A stretch of DNA of 64,000 bases from a virus, in IMG/VR virus record IMGVR_UViG_3300034019_000950, positions 15,356-79,355 of that record, one strand, 5' to 3'. This document shows positions 1-10,201 of this stretch, in pieces (position 1 is the first letter of the stretch; each line of letters opens with the position of its first letter). The translations under genes and the position numbers were made by a program. The notes beneath the pieces are model-generated. The model was not told the DNA's origin, did no database searches, and saw only the letters and a program-made list of their open reading frames with translations.

Positions 1-9
1 GACAGGCTG

Positions 10-1512
10 TCAGCAGCTGACGTGCAGCAGGTGTGCACGGTAAGGCGTACCGTCCACGAGCCTCCAGCCGGGCCGCCTTCCAAAACGACCAGCCGCGCAG
101 GCGCTGGCGTCGGCGTGGCCGCCCTGTGCGCCATGCGCGCGCGCCGCAACGAGCACCCGCGCGCCCAGCGCAGCGTGCCACGCGCGCACCGCAGGCTGCT
201 GGTGCCACGTGGCCGCGCTGTGACGCGCATAGCGAAGCTCAACCCACACTTGCAGCCCGACAGGGCCAGTGCGGACAACCGCACACCTGCCGCTTGCCTC
301 TCCATCCATCACCACTGACGCTGCCAGTGCTTCCGCAAGCCCTGTAACGTCGTCTGGCAGCACAATATCGTCAATGTCAACCAACACCCAGTCCTGGCAT
401 CGCGGCGCTTGCGGAGTATTCCAACCGCCATGAGGCGCGCGGCCCATTGTGGAGACGCTAAGCAGACGATCTGGCAATACAGCACGAGCTGGCAGACCAT
501 CACCGAACACCGCAGCATCATGGGCGCGCTGTGCGGCTGCCGGCGTCCGGCTAAGCCTCTCCGCACGCTGCAAGGCCACCAAAACGCCGCCCGTGGCCCG
601 ATTGCCGGGTGTTCGCCATGTAGTCGCACGGCCAGAGGCCGATATAGAGGCACGCAGCAGCGCGATGGTGTGCCCGCTGCGCACAGGGCCGCTCAACACA
701 CACCCCCCAACAGGGGCGCTGTAGCCCGTAAGGGGGGCCGGGCCACCCGTGGCAGAGGCAGCGGCCCGCGCAGGGCCGGGGGCCAGTATGGGGGGGCTTT
801 TATTGTGCCGGTAAGGTTGCGATGCCGTGCTGGTGCGGCTTGCAGGCAACAGGCGCACCTTATGTCCGGCGGCCAGCCACGCCCAACGGGGCGCGGTTCC
901 ATCGACTTGCTCACATGCCATGCACATCGCCCCACCATTCGCCCAAAGCACAAGTGACGGCGTGTTGTCGTCGTGCAGGGGGCAACGTATGGTCGCGGTG
1001 CGTGACCCGGCCCGTAGACGAGCCAGCGCATCTGCTGCTTCTACTTCCAAGTCGGCAGACTGGCATACGCTGGCGCCAGACGCTGCTCGAAGTCCGGCAA
1101 TCTGCCATCCTTCCAGCACAATATGCCGACCGTATCGGCTTCCCCACCGGATGCGTCGTAACTGCGCGCCAAGGACGCGCGCGTGCTCCGTTGCGACCTC
1201 TGCCCATCCGACCAAGTGTTGAGCGAAACGCCATGCCAGCGTCGCGGCCCAGCGGGTACAGCCCTCAACCGTTGCCACGTAGCTTGGACAACTTTCTACA
1301 TACCACCTACCACACGGAAGGCGCTGCGCTTGACGCAGCTGAACAGACCAGCCGTACATCGCGGCCCGTAGACCGACGCCAAGCGCACCCACACTTGATG
1401 CTGCAGCGCGAAGTGCCGCTTCCAAGCGACGACCCGCCAGTGCAGCAGGATCAACCGGCAATGCAAGACTCGACACCACACTTGCTGTGTGATAGGGTTT
1501 GGCTGTCGCCAT
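10..1512 (-). CDS. CHC2-type zinc finger plus AEP/RepB-like primase domain protein
   Basis: CPLHDDNTPS...CMAC zinc finger; C-terminal VLVDIDD, VVRTGPVGLQVW and GRFGRRPG motifs resemble prim-pol/RepB primase motifs. Confidence 0.6.
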   Translation of the reverse strand: MATAKPYHTASVVSSLALPVDPAALAGRRLEAALRAAASSVGALGVGLRAAMYGWSVQLRQAQRLPCGRWYVESCPSYVATVEGCTRWAATLAWRFAQHLVGWAEVATEHARVLGAQLRRIRWGSRYGRHIVLEGWQIAGLRAASGASVCQSADLEVEAADALARLRAGSRTATIRCPLHDDNTPSLVLWANGGAMCMACEQVDGTAPRWAWLAAGHKVRLLPASRTSTASQPYRHNKSPPILAPGPARAAASATGGPAPLTGYSAPVGGCVLSGPVRSGHTIALLRASISASGRATTWRTPGNRATGGVLVALQRAERLSRTPAAAQRAHDAAVFGDGLPARAVLPDRLLSVSTMGRAPHGGWNTPQAPRCQDWVLVDIDDIVLPDDVTGLAEALAASVVMDGEASGRCAVVRTGPVGLQVWVELRYARHSAATWHQQPAVRAWHAALGARVLVAARAHGAQGGHADASACAAGRFGRRPGWRLVDGTPYRAHLLHVSC

Positions 1513-1701
1513 GATCGTGAAGGGTCCGTGGTGGCAGCCGTAGGCGCGTGGTGGCGTTTACGGCAACCTGTTTGTAGCCCGCAGGTGTGCTAAACGCACC
1601 CCCTGCGCCTAAAACGGGTCAGGGGCCGGCTGCGCATCTCCCTGCGCTGCTGACACTGTGCTCCTTGCTGTACGCAGCCGGCCCCCTTTCCCACCACGAC
1701 A

Positions 1702-3180
1702 ATGCCAAACTCCGCACACATCGCAGCAACACTGGCCCTCCACTCTCAGGGCCTTCCGTTGCGGTTCGTCCAAGCTGTGCAGGCAATGGTGACTGTTCAG
1801 AACCCGGAGCGCGAGCAGATGGCTCGTGCTGGGGTGTCCGCATCACACCTGCCCGCCCTGCTGCCGTTGTGGGAGCAGCGAGCAGACTGGCTCCATGTTC
1901 CACGTGGAGCAGTGAAGATGGTACGGCAGCAAGCGGCGCTGCACGGTGCAGAACTGCAGTGGACAAGCTCGGTTGTGAGCCGAGCATTCCGCCGTGTTCC
2001 TATCGAAAAGCTACCTGTCAACCTGCGCCCGTACCAACGCGAAGCTGTGGAAGCGATGTTGTTCGGTGTGCAAGGTCACGTCGTTGCTCCATGCGGAGCA
2101 GGCAAGACTGTGATTGCGAGCAGCGCACTGGTTGCCTCTGGCGAGCCTGGGCTGGTGCTGGTCCACACGCACGATCTGCTTGATCAGTGGACAAAGCTTC
2201 TGCGAAGCTGGGGATGCCGAGTACGTGTAGTGTCTGGCGGGCGGTCGCGTTTCAGCCCCCTTGGATGGGGGCAGGATGGACAGCCAGAGATTGCGGTTGC
2301 AATGGTGCAAACACTGGTTCGCGCTGGCGCAGCAGCAGACCCATTGTTGGGAAGTGCTGGAGCGGTGGTGATGGACGAGTGTCATCATGCGCCAGCCTCT
2401 ACGTTCCGTTCACTGATGAACAAAGTGCCTGCTCGCCATAGGTGGGGTGTCACCGCCACGCCCGAGCGCGGCGACGGGATGCGCGTCATGCTGGAGCTGG
2501 CGCTGGGCGAGCAGCTGTACGAGATCACAACCCAGCAGCTGCTGGCGGGTGGCTACCTCATGCAGCCAATCATCCTGCCAGTGTTCAGTGCTGCACGGGT
2601 TGATCTGCAAGCTTGCATGACCTCAAAGGGTCAGGTTGTGATTGCGCGTGCACTGCAGCAGCTGGTAGACGACCCGGAAAGACACGAGCTACTACTGCAG
2701 CTGGCAACGATCGCCGCAAGTGTTGGTAGAACAACCCTGCTATTGGTCCCGCGTGTTGAGCAAGCTCAGCAGCTTGCTGCCCATCTTCGCGCACGTGGCG
2801 TCAGCGCGGCTGATGCCACCAGTGCGACAGGGAAGGAAGCAAGAGCATCGCAACTTCGCCAACTTCGCGCACGACAGCTGCAAGTGCTGGTTGCAACGCA
2901 GCTGGCAGACGAGGGACTGGACGTGCCGGTGCTGGACTGCGTGATCGTGGCGAGCACCGGGCGAGCGGCAGGGCGAGCGGTGCAGCGCATCGGGCGAGTG
3001 ATGCGCACGGCGGACGGCAAGGCACAGCCCGTGGTCGTGGACGTAGTGGACCCGACGCCGTTCCGTGGCCAGTGGCGTGCGCGGGAACAGGCGTATCGGG
3101 ATGCTCTGGGATTACAGGTCCCAGCGCCAGTGGCGAGGAACAATGGGCCAGATGCGCTCCGTCGTGCGCTGGGGTGGTAG
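1702..3180 (+). CDS. Superfamily 2 (DEAD/DEAH) helicase
   Basis: APCGAGKT, DECHH, TAT, EGLDVP and QRIGRVMR motifs. Confidence 0.92.
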   Translation: MPNSAHIAATLALHSQGLPLRFVQAVQAMVTVQNPEREQMARAGVSASHLPALLPLWEQRADWLHVPRGAVKMVRQQAALHGAELQWTSSVVSRAFRRVPIEKLPVNLRPYQREAVEAMLFGVQGHVVAPCGAGKTVIASSALVASGEPGLVLVHTHDLLDQWTKLLRSWGCRVRVVSGGRSRFSPLGWGQDGQPEIAVAMVQTLVRAGAAADPLLGSAGAVVMDECHHAPASTFRSLMNKVPARHRWGVTATPERGDGMRVMLELALGEQLYEITTQQLLAGGYLMQPIILPVFSAARVDLQACMTSKGQVVIARALQQLVDDPERHELLLQLATIAASVGRTTLLLVPRVEQAQQLAAHLRARGVSAADATSATGKEARASQLRQLRARQLQVLVATQLADEGLDVPVLDCVIVASTGRAAGRAVQRIGRVMRTADGKAQPVVVDVVDPTPFRGQWRAREQAYRDALGLQVPAPVARNNGPDALRRALGW

Positions 3181-3204
3181 CCTATAACATTGTGCACCAT
3201 TACC

Positions 3205-3235
3205 CTGTGCGGGTTAGTGTGTGGGTGCCTACTAT
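3205..3235 (+). promoter_or_regulatory. Repeated promoter motif GTGCG-N18-TACTAT
   Basis: 3198-3234 is 32/37 identical to the reverse complement of 63101-63137; same spacing at five further sites. Confidence 0.7.
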
Positions 3236-3264
3236 AAGGCAGCCACCAACGCAGGAGGTGCACA

Positions 3265-4692
3265 GTGGCTCAACGTGTCAAACGACAGCTGCAGCGGTTT
3301 AGGGCGGCGGCAACGCTTGCCCCCCGCTATGAGAGTGGCGTGCTGGGGCTTCCGCCCGGCGCAATGGTGTTGACGAACAGCGAGCGCAAGTCGGCGTGGT
3401 GCCCGCGTCGGTGGTGGTACGAGTACGGCACCGGCCTGCGCGGCGAAGCCAGCGGCGCGATGCGGTTCGGCAGCGCCTACCATGCCGTCATGGAGCGCGT
3501 GCTCGGCTGGCACCAGCACCACGACGGGGAGCTGTTCCCTGTGGAGGGGCTGGACCGCTGCCTGCACTGCGGCGGCGCCGACAGCGCGTGCCCGCTGTGC
3601 TTCGGCACGGGGCTGGGCGCAGTGGAATACGTGGCGCAGCAGCTGCGGGCCACGCCCGAGGTGTACGACCCTGACGAGGGAGGCGTGGAGGGCGAGGTGG
3701 ACCGCCTGCGCCGCGCCGTAAACGGATGGCTTCACGTGTACGGCCAGGGGATGCGCGACGACTGGCAGGTGTTGGCAACGGAGCTGCCTGTGGCGGCGCC
3801 GATCACCAGCCCGCGCACGGGCGAGCACTATCGCAGCCGCGTGCCGGTGGTGACGACGCAGGATGGATGGCGGCTGGCCGATGCTGGTGACACTGCTACG
3901 CAGGTCCAAGAAGTGGTGCTGCCCTGGTATCAGCTTGCACAGCTTGACGCTGTGGTGCTCAACCGTCGTAGCGGCAACCTGTGGCTGTGGGAAACCAAGA
4001 CCAGCGCCAGCCCGGCCACCTATGGTGAGAACCTGGGCCTCGACACTCAGCTTCCCGGCTACCTGCGCGCCCTGTGGTATCTCACGGGCACGGGCCGCTG
4101 GGGCGATGGCCGGCAGGTGGAGGGCTACGTGTGGGACGTGGCCAGCAGCGGGCACCAGCGCGACCCGAAGCGGCTGGCCAGCGGCAAGCTGAGCACCGAC
4201 AAGCGCCAGCGGGTGCCCAGCTGGGTGATGGATGCGGTGCTCGCAACCGAGGACGCGGCCCGCTACAAGCCGGACGAGCTGCAGGCGCTGCGGGATCTGC
4301 TGCAGCACCTGCGCGAAAGCGTGGACGGCAGCCTGTACCACCGCGAGTTCGGTCGCTACCTGCCCGAGCAGCTGCGACGGTACGAGGTGGAGCTGTATGC
4401 CGAGGCGGTGCGGCTGTCGGGCTGGCGGCGCGCGGTTGTCGGCACCGCTACGGGTATCGGTGGCACGGTAGCCGATGATGAAAGTGTGGCTGAGCAGTGG
4501 CCGCGCGTGCCGCTGTGCCGGACGCCGGGTGGCAGCTGCCCGTTCACCGGCATCTGTCAGCAAGACAGTGCAGAGGGCCGTGCGGTGTTTGAGCGGCGCC
4601 CGTCAGTGCGCTGGCTCACGGCAAACGCGGTGAAGAAACTCAACGAGCAAGCCGCAAAAGAGGCGGCAGGAGGTGTGGAATGTCCGTTCTGA
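3265..4692 (+). CDS. PD-(D/E)XK exonuclease, Cas4/RecB-like
   Basis: N-terminal CPRRWW, LD...WETKT catalytic motif, C-terminal CxxxxxxCPFxxxC; GGAGG RBS before GTG. Confidence 0.8.
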   Translation: MAQRVKRQLQRFRAAATLAPRYESGVLGLPPGAMVLTNSERKSAWCPRRWWYEYGTGLRGEASGAMRFGSAYHAVMERVLGWHQHHDGELFPVEGLDRCLHCGGADSACPLCFGTGLGAVEYVAQQLRATPEVYDPDEGGVEGEVDRLRRAVNGWLHVYGQGMRDDWQVLATELPVAAPITSPRTGEHYRSRVPVVTTQDGWRLADAGDTATQVQEVVLPWYQLAQLDAVVLNRRSGNLWLWETKTSASPATYGENLGLDTQLPGYLRALWYLTGTGRWGDGRQVEGYVWDVASSGHQRDPKRLASGKLSTDKRQRVPSWVMDAVLATEDAARYKPDELQALRDLLQHLRESVDGSLYHREFGRYLPEQLRRYEVELYAEAVRLSGWRRAVVGTATGIGGTVADDESVAEQWPRVPLCRTPGGSCPFTGICQQDSAEGRAVFERRPSVRWLTANAVKKLNEQAAKEAAGGVECPF

Positions 4693-5501
4693 ACTGGTCC
4701 CGTGTGGGTGAGATGCCTGCCGCAGATGTGAAGGTCAAGGCGCTGCTGTACGGCGATAGCGGCGCGGGAAAGACGCACGCAGCCAGCACTGCGCCGCGCC
4801 CGTGCTACCTTCTGACAGAGGCCAACGGCCTGCCGACCATCAAGGCGGCGAACCCGGACGCCGTGGTGGTGCAGGCGTCTGACATGGATACCGTGCGCGC
4901 GTTCTTCAAGGCTGCGCTGGACGGCTCGCTGGCCAAGGAAACCGGGTGCCAGACCATCGTGCTGGACAGCCTGACCGAGCTGCAGCGTATGCTGCGAGAC
5001 GAGATCATCGCCAGCCGCAAGGGGCAGCCGGGCGGCGAGTCGTTCAGCCTGCAGGACTGGGGCACGCTCACCGACCGGATGCGGAAGCTCGTGCGCACGG
5101 TGCGCGACCTGCCGTTCCACGTGGTTTGCATCGCGCTGGCGGCCAGCGACAACGACGAGGGCACCGGGCAGCGGTACACGCAGCCGTCCTTCGATGGCAA
5201 GAAGCTGCCCAACGAGATCGCCGGCTACTTCTCGCTTGTCGGGTACGTGTACCGCGAGCGTGCCAAGGCCGAGGACGGCACCATCACCGTGCAGCACCGC
5301 GTTCTGTTGCAGGGTCCGCCCACGCTGCTGACCAAGGCGTTGCCGGGTCTTGACCCGGTGGAGCCGCCCAACATCACGGCATGGTTGGCGAAGCTCAACG
5401 GTACGGCGACCAGCAGCGTGGATGGTGCACAGGCGCCGACGGCCCCTCGCGTGGAGGCCCCGGATCCCAATCAGCCGGCCCGTCGTCGGCGCACGGCTTA
5501 G
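4680..5501 (+). CDS. Sak4-like AAA ATPase (single-strand annealing recombinase)
   Basis: YGDSGAGKT Walker A, VLDSLTE Walker B; lies between nuclease and SSB genes. Confidence 0.82.
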   Translation: MSVLNWSRVGEMPAADVKVKALLYGDSGAGKTHAASTAPRPCYLLTEANGLPTIKAANPDAVVVQASDMDTVRAFFKAALDGSLAKETGCQTIVLDSLTELQRMLRDEIIASRKGQPGGESFSLQDWGTLTDRMRKLVRTVRDLPFHVVCIALAASDNDEGTGQRYTQPSFDGKKLPNEIAGYFSLVGYVYRERAKAEDGTITVQHRVLLQGPPTLLTKALPGLDPVEPPNITAWLAKLNGTATSSVDGAQAPTAPRVEAPDPNQPARRRRTA

Positions 5502-5537
5502 TGACAACAGACAACAGGCAAAAGTGAGGGTACAACA

Positions 5538-6098
5538 ATGTCTTTCATGGTGGATCCCAGCGCGCCTGCGACTGGTGGTGGTGGTGGCAAGCGGCGCCCC
5601 GACGTCCGGCCCGGTCGCAAGCTGGTCTGGTGCGCTGACATCGAGTACGGCAAGAGCAACGCCGGCAACGACAAGATTGACACCCGCTGGTGCGTGGTGG
5701 ACGACCCCGAGGGTAGCGGCGCCGACGTGCGCGGTCTGTTCTACGACACCCTGACCCTGACGCAGCGTGCCGCATGGCGCGTCCAGCAGCTGGCCAAGGC
5801 GCTGGGGCAGACCGCGCCCTGGGACGCGCTGGATGGCGAGGCCACTTGGTCGGTACTCACCCGGCGCCCGGTGTGGGTGACGCTGGCCGAGGAAACCTAC
5901 AACGGCAAGACCCGCGTCAAGGTGCAGGAGTTCGGTCACTACGGCGGCGAAGTGACCGAGGCGATGGAGGACACCATCAACGACGCAGAAAAGTGGTGCC
6001 GCGAAGGCAAAAACAAGCGCGCTGCTGCTGGTGGCGGAAGCGGAGCCGTTGCCCAGGCTGCCGGCGGATACGCGCAGGACGAAGACATCCCGTTCTAA
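5538..6098 (+). CDS. Phage single-stranded DNA-binding protein
   Basis: Gly/Ala-rich tail ending DEDIPF; follows Sak4-like gene. Confidence 0.75.
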   Translation: MSFMVDPSAPATGGGGGKRRPDVRPGRKLVWCADIEYGKSNAGNDKIDTRWCVVDDPEGSGADVRGLFYDTLTLTQRAAWRVQQLAKALGQTAPWDALDGEATWSVLTRRPVWVTLAEETYNGKTRVKVQEFGHYGGEVTEAMEDTINDAEKWCREGKNKRAAAGGGSGAVAQAAGGYAQDEDIPF

Positions 6099-6109
6099 AA
6101 CACACGATG

Positions 6110-6143
6110 CGCCCGCCCGGCGTCAGCACCGGGCGGGCGTTGT
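6110..6143 (+). terminator. GC-rich hairpin, probable terminator after ssb
   Basis: CGCCCGCCCGG-8 nt loop-CCGGGCGGGCG perfect 11-bp stem followed by TTGT (short U tract). Confidence 0.6.
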
Positions 6144-6170
6144 CATGTGAAGCAAAGCAGGGAGGAAGTG

Positions 6171-7271
6171 ATGCGCGACGTAGTGTTGCGGGCGACGTGG
6201 TGGGACGACGCGAGGGTGCAGCTGCTGGACGCACAGCATCGGATGGTGCTGCTGTACCTAACTGCGCAGGCCGACAGGGATGGCATCGTGCAGGTGGACA
6301 GCGCGCAGCTGGTGCCGCTGCTGCCGCTCGGAGCTGAGCGTCTGGACGCGGTGGCCGTGGTGCGCCGGCTGGAGCAGGCGCAGCTGTTGGCGCTGTGGTC
6401 GCACAACGACATCATTCGTGGGTCGCAAACATGGGCGTGGCTGGTGCGGCAGCACGAGGACCAGCCGACTACGGGTGCGCTGGCGCTGCCCCGGTGCAGC
6501 GACCGGCCAGCCCCGCCGCGTGACGTGGTGCTGGCACTTCTGGAGAGGCAGCTGGGGCGCCCGGCCACCGCAGCCGAGGGAAAGCGTGTCAGCCCAAGAA
6601 GCTGGGGCCTTGTCAGGCAAGCGGCACCGAGCGCGGCACAGGAAGTGGAGCGCGTGTGGGCGGCGTGGCGCGACCGGCAGGCACGACCCGGCGCGTGTGT
6701 GCTGGCAGAAGCCGTGCAGCGGCAGGTGCGCGCGGCGCTGCAGCAGGCCACCGCCGATCAGCTGGTTCAGCTGGTGGCGTTCGCCTACGAGGCAGACGAG
6801 CCAGCCGCCCGGTTCTGGCGTGGCCAGAACGACCAGCGGCGAACGTACCTGGGTCTGGACAACCTGCTGCGCCTCGGCAAGCTGGCCGACCGCCTGCAGC
6901 TGGTGGAGCAGTGGGCGGCGCGGCAGCAGCCGGCAGCGGGCGGCGATGGTACGGACCTGGGGCCGCTGGCAGCGTATCGGCGGCGCGGCCCGGCGGGCAC
7001 CACCACCAGCCCGGACCCGCGCCCGCCCAGGCTGGCGGCACAGTGCGCCGCCATGCTGCAGCTGTTCGTGCGGCGCGGCGCCGAGGGTGTGCGCACGCAC
7101 GAGCTGGCTGAGCTGGCGCTGAAGTATTCCAGCCGTATCAGCGAACTGCGCGGGTACGGAGCTGACATTGTGATGGTTGAGCGCAACGAGGACGGTGACA
7201 ACGTGTACCAACTGATCAACGTTGAGCACGTGGCGCACCTGCTGGATGGAGGCGACGGTGGGCTGGATTGA
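6171..7271 (+). CDS. Putative replication initiator with C-terminal HTH
   Basis: Directly upstream of primase-helicase; N-terminal LLYLTAQADRDG; C-terminal THELAELALKYSSRISELR winged-HTH-like. Confidence 0.5.
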   Translation: MRDVVLRATWWDDARVQLLDAQHRMVLLYLTAQADRDGIVQVDSAQLVPLLPLGAERLDAVAVVRRLEQAQLLALWSHNDIIRGSQTWAWLVRQHEDQPTTGALALPRCSDRPAPPRDVVLALLERQLGRPATAAEGKRVSPRSWGLVRQAAPSAAQEVERVWAAWRDRQARPGACVLAEAVQRQVRAALQQATADQLVQLVAFAYEADEPAARFWRGQNDQRRTYLGLDNLLRLGKLADRLQLVEQWAARQQPAAGGDGTDLGPLAAYRRRGPAGTTTSPDPRPPRLAAQCAAMLQLFVRRGAEGVRTHELAELALKYSSRISELRGYGADIVMVERNEDGDNVYQLINVEHVAHLLDGGDGGLD

Positions 7272-9303
7272 CGAAGTAAAGGGCGCGGCCACCGTGGCGC
7301 AGGCGGCTCAGGCCATCAATCTACGTGTGACACGTGGTTCTGGCTTGACGCCTTGCCCGTCGTGCAAGGCCGAGCAGCGTGGCACCGATGACCGGCGCGG
7401 CCCGCTTGGAGCGCGCACGGACGGCCAAGGCTGGCGGTGCTTCCGGTGCGATGCGTCGGGCGACGTGCCCGACCTGCTGGCGCTGGGCTGGCTGGGCGGG
7501 CGGCTGCGTGAGCTGTCGCCCGAGCAGCGCACGCAGCTACGTGAGCGGTGCGCGGCGCAGGGCTGGTGCACCACCGACGACGCGGGGCGCACCACAGCCG
7601 CTAAGGGCGCGCCTGCGGTGCGTAGGCTGCCCACACCGGCACCGGCTACACCGGCCGCCGCTGGCGCGCCGGGGCCTGTTACGGGGCCTGCCGGGGTTGT
7701 GGCACCCACCCCGCAACAGGGCGGCCCGTTTGGATGGAGGACAGACCTACCAGCCGAGTGTGAGGCGGCGCTATGGGCAGACGAGGGTGCACAGGTGCTC
7801 GCCTACCTGCAGGGGCGCGGGTTTAGTGACGAGACACTGAAACACTGGCGCGTTGGTGCACACTTTTTGCGCGCAGCAGACGGTCGAGTGTTGGAGCAGT
7901 ACGTGGCGCTGCCGGTGCTGGATGCACAAGGCCAGCCGATGAACATGCGCTTCCGTAGCGTTCCAGGCACATGCCTGCGGTGCGGCGGCGCTGGGTGTGA
8001 TCGCTGCAAGGCCGGGCAGGTGAAAAAGATATACCTACGATGCCCAGGCGCCACGAGCACACTGTTTGGCATTCATCAACTTGATGGTGATCCAAACAGT
8101 GAAGTGATCGTAACCGAGGGTGAGCTGGACGTGCTCGCACTTTGGCAGTACGGGCTGCGGTCCAACGTGGTCACGGGCACTGCTGGTGCAGGCACGTGGT
8201 TGGACGAATGGCTGGACACATTGGAGCCTTACCGCTCCTTTCTACTGGCATACGATGCTGATGATGCAGGCGAGCAGGGCGCCCTGGCACTTGCCGCTAA
8301 GCTTGGCAGGGAAAGGTGTAGTCGCGTCAAGTTACCGGCAAAGGATGCCGCCGACTGCCTTGCAGCGTGCGTTGGTCAGCGGACGGTCCACGCTGCGCTT
8401 GATGCCGCAGCGCCGATGCTGGACGTCAAGCTTGTCCGCGTAGACGCCTACGCCGATGCAATCGAGCAGCTGGTGCAGCGACCGGCTGAGCTGCGAGGGC
8501 TGCCTATTGGAAGCGCCAAGCTGGACGAGGCGCTGGGCGGCTGGCGTCCCGGCCTTGTGGTTGTGACGGGCGACACGGCAGCCGGCAAGACATCGTGGAC
8601 GACGTGGGTGGCGCGCGAGCAGGCACTGCGCGGCGTGCCCGTGATGCTGACCAGCTTCGAACAGCGCCCAATCGGCACGGTGCAGAAGCTGCTGCGCGCA
8701 CAGCTGGGTGGCGACTTTTCACATGCAAGCGAGCACGAACGGCGCGCGGCGATGGCGCAGCTGGGCCAGCTGCCAATCTACGTGCTGGATCACTACGGCG
8801 AGCTTGGTGTGGAGCAAGTGCTGGAGGCTGTCGGCTACGCCGTCCGGCGGCGTGGTGTAAAGATGGCAGTCATTGACCACCTCGGCTTCCTTGTGACAGG
8901 GGCAGAGGATGAGCGCAGGGCCATTGAGGATGCTGTGCGCAAGATGGCTGTGTTTGCGGTGCAAAGGGAAGTGACGCTGGTTCTAATCTGCCACCCCAAC
9001 AACCTGTCAGTGACGCAACAGCGCCGCGTCATGCTCGGTGACCTCAAAGGCGCGAGCGCCATCAGACAGGATGCACACGTAGGCATCGTGGTAGAGCGCA
9101 TTTTGCCAGGACGGGCAGTGCAGCACCCCGCGACGGCGGTTTACGTGGACAAGTGCCGATCAGAGTTCGGTCTACAAGGCGCGCGCGTCGTTCAGTTCTA
9201 TGACCCGGAAAGCTGCGTGTATGCCGACACCTGGGAGGGCACACCAGCCGGCCGTTCTGGGCGTGGCTCCGCGCTCGCAGCACATACTGACCCGAGCGCA
9301 TGA
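7246..9303 (+). CDS. Primase-helicase (zinc finger + TOPRIM + DnaB-like SF4 helicase)
   Basis: CPSC...CFRC; TEGELD and YDADDAG TOPRIM motifs; GDTAAGKT, IDHL, DLKGASAIRQDA. Confidence 0.92.
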   Translation: MEATVGWIDEVKGAATVAQAAQAINLRVTRGSGLTPCPSCKAEQRGTDDRRGPLGARTDGQGWRCFRCDASGDVPDLLALGWLGGRLRELSPEQRTQLRERCAAQGWCTTDDAGRTTAAKGAPAVRRLPTPAPATPAAAGAPGPVTGPAGVVAPTPQQGGPFGWRTDLPAECEAALWADEGAQVLAYLQGRGFSDETLKHWRVGAHFLRAADGRVLEQYVALPVLDAQGQPMNMRFRSVPGTCLRCGGAGCDRCKAGQVKKIYLRCPGATSTLFGIHQLDGDPNSEVIVTEGELDVLALWQYGLRSNVVTGTAGAGTWLDEWLDTLEPYRSFLLAYDADDAGEQGALALAAKLGRERCSRVKLPAKDAADCLAACVGQRTVHAALDAAAPMLDVKLVRVDAYADAIEQLVQRPAELRGLPIGSAKLDEALGGWRPGLVVVTGDTAAGKTSWTTWVAREQALRGVPVMLTSFEQRPIGTVQKLLRAQLGGDFSHASEHERRAAMAQLGQLPIYVLDHYGELGVEQVLEAVGYAVRRRGVKMAVIDHLGFLVTGAEDERRAIEDAVRKMAVFAVQREVTLVLICHPNNLSVTQQRRVMLGDLKGASAIRQDAHVGIVVERILPGRAVQHPATAVYVDKCRSEFGLQGARVVQFYDPESCVYADTWEGTPAGRSGRGSALAAHTDPSA

Positions 9304-9405
9304 CGGGTTTAGTCGTGCAGTGGAACAGTAAAAACTTGCAGTGCGCCTATTGCAAGCGTAACGGGTTGCATGTTACCCTTGTGGTATAGCAATGGGGCCG
9401 ACATA

Positions 9406-10149
9406 ATGAGCCGCAAGACCAGCAACATCACTCGCACCCGTGCCGTCGCGTACCTGCGCGTGAGCACAGACAAACAAGCAGATACTGGCGTAAGCCTTGA
9501 CGCACAGCGCGCCAAGGTGCAGCTCTACGCCGATCTCTACGACGTGGAGCTGGTCGAGGTGGTGGTGGACGCGGGCGCAAGCGCCAAGACGCTGGAGCGC
9601 GAGGGCCTGCAGCGCGCGCTGGCCATGCTGGACAGCGGCAAGGCTGACGCCCTGCTGGTGTGCAAGCTGGACCGCCTCACGCGCAGCGTGCGCGACCTGG
9701 GCGCGCTGCTGGACGGCTGGTTCGGGCGCAAGGACGGCCCGGCGCTGCTGTCGGTGCAGGAGCAGGTGGACACCCGCACGGCAGGCGGGCGGCTCGTCCT
9801 CAACGTGCTGATGTCCGTGGCACAGTGGGAGCGTGAAACCATCGGAGAGCGCACCAGCGCGGCGATGGCGCACATGAAGGCAGAGGGTGCGTACACGGGC
9901 GGGCGCGCGCCCTATGGGTGGCAGGCCGACGCCGAGGGGCAGCTGCACCCGGTGCCTGCCGAGCAGGCAGCCATCGTGCTGGCGCAGCAGCTGCACGCCG
10001 AGGGGAACAGCCTGCGCCGGGTGGGCGCGCTGCTGTTGGAAGCGGGACACCTGCCCCGTATCGGTAGTGCATGGCACGCGAGCAGCATCAGGGTTGTTCT
10101 GGCTGCACGGGTCGCAACGGCTACAAGTGTGGATCAGTCGGCTGCGTAA
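9406..10149 (+). CDS. Serine recombinase (resolvase family)
   Basis: YLRVSTDKQ catalytic Ser motif, KLDRLTRS, ERETIGERT, GGRAPYGW. Confidence 0.92.
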   Translation: MSRKTSNITRTRAVAYLRVSTDKQADTGVSLDAQRAKVQLYADLYDVELVEVVVDAGASAKTLEREGLQRALAMLDSGKADALLVCKLDRLTRSVRDLGALLDGWFGRKDGPALLSVQEQVDTRTAGGRLVLNVLMSVAQWERETIGERTSAAMAHMKAEGAYTGGRAPYGWQADAEGQLHPVPAEQAAIVLAQQLHAEGNSLRRVGALLLEAGHLPRIGSAWHASSIRVVLAARVATATSVDQSAA

Positions 10150-10201
10150 GTCACCTGTGCGCGTTGGAAGCAAACGCCCTATGACTTCTGCAGGAGGGCT
10201 G

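Noticed and set aside
3265-4692. Cas4-like protein as evidence of CRISPR-Cas
   Set aside because: No repeat-spacer array or other cas genes seen; the nuclease-Sak4-SSB context is a standard phage recombination module.
9406-10149. Large serine integrase with att sites
   Set aside because: Only about 247 aa, lacking the long C-terminal zinc-ribbon/coiled-coil region; no att junction or host genes visible.
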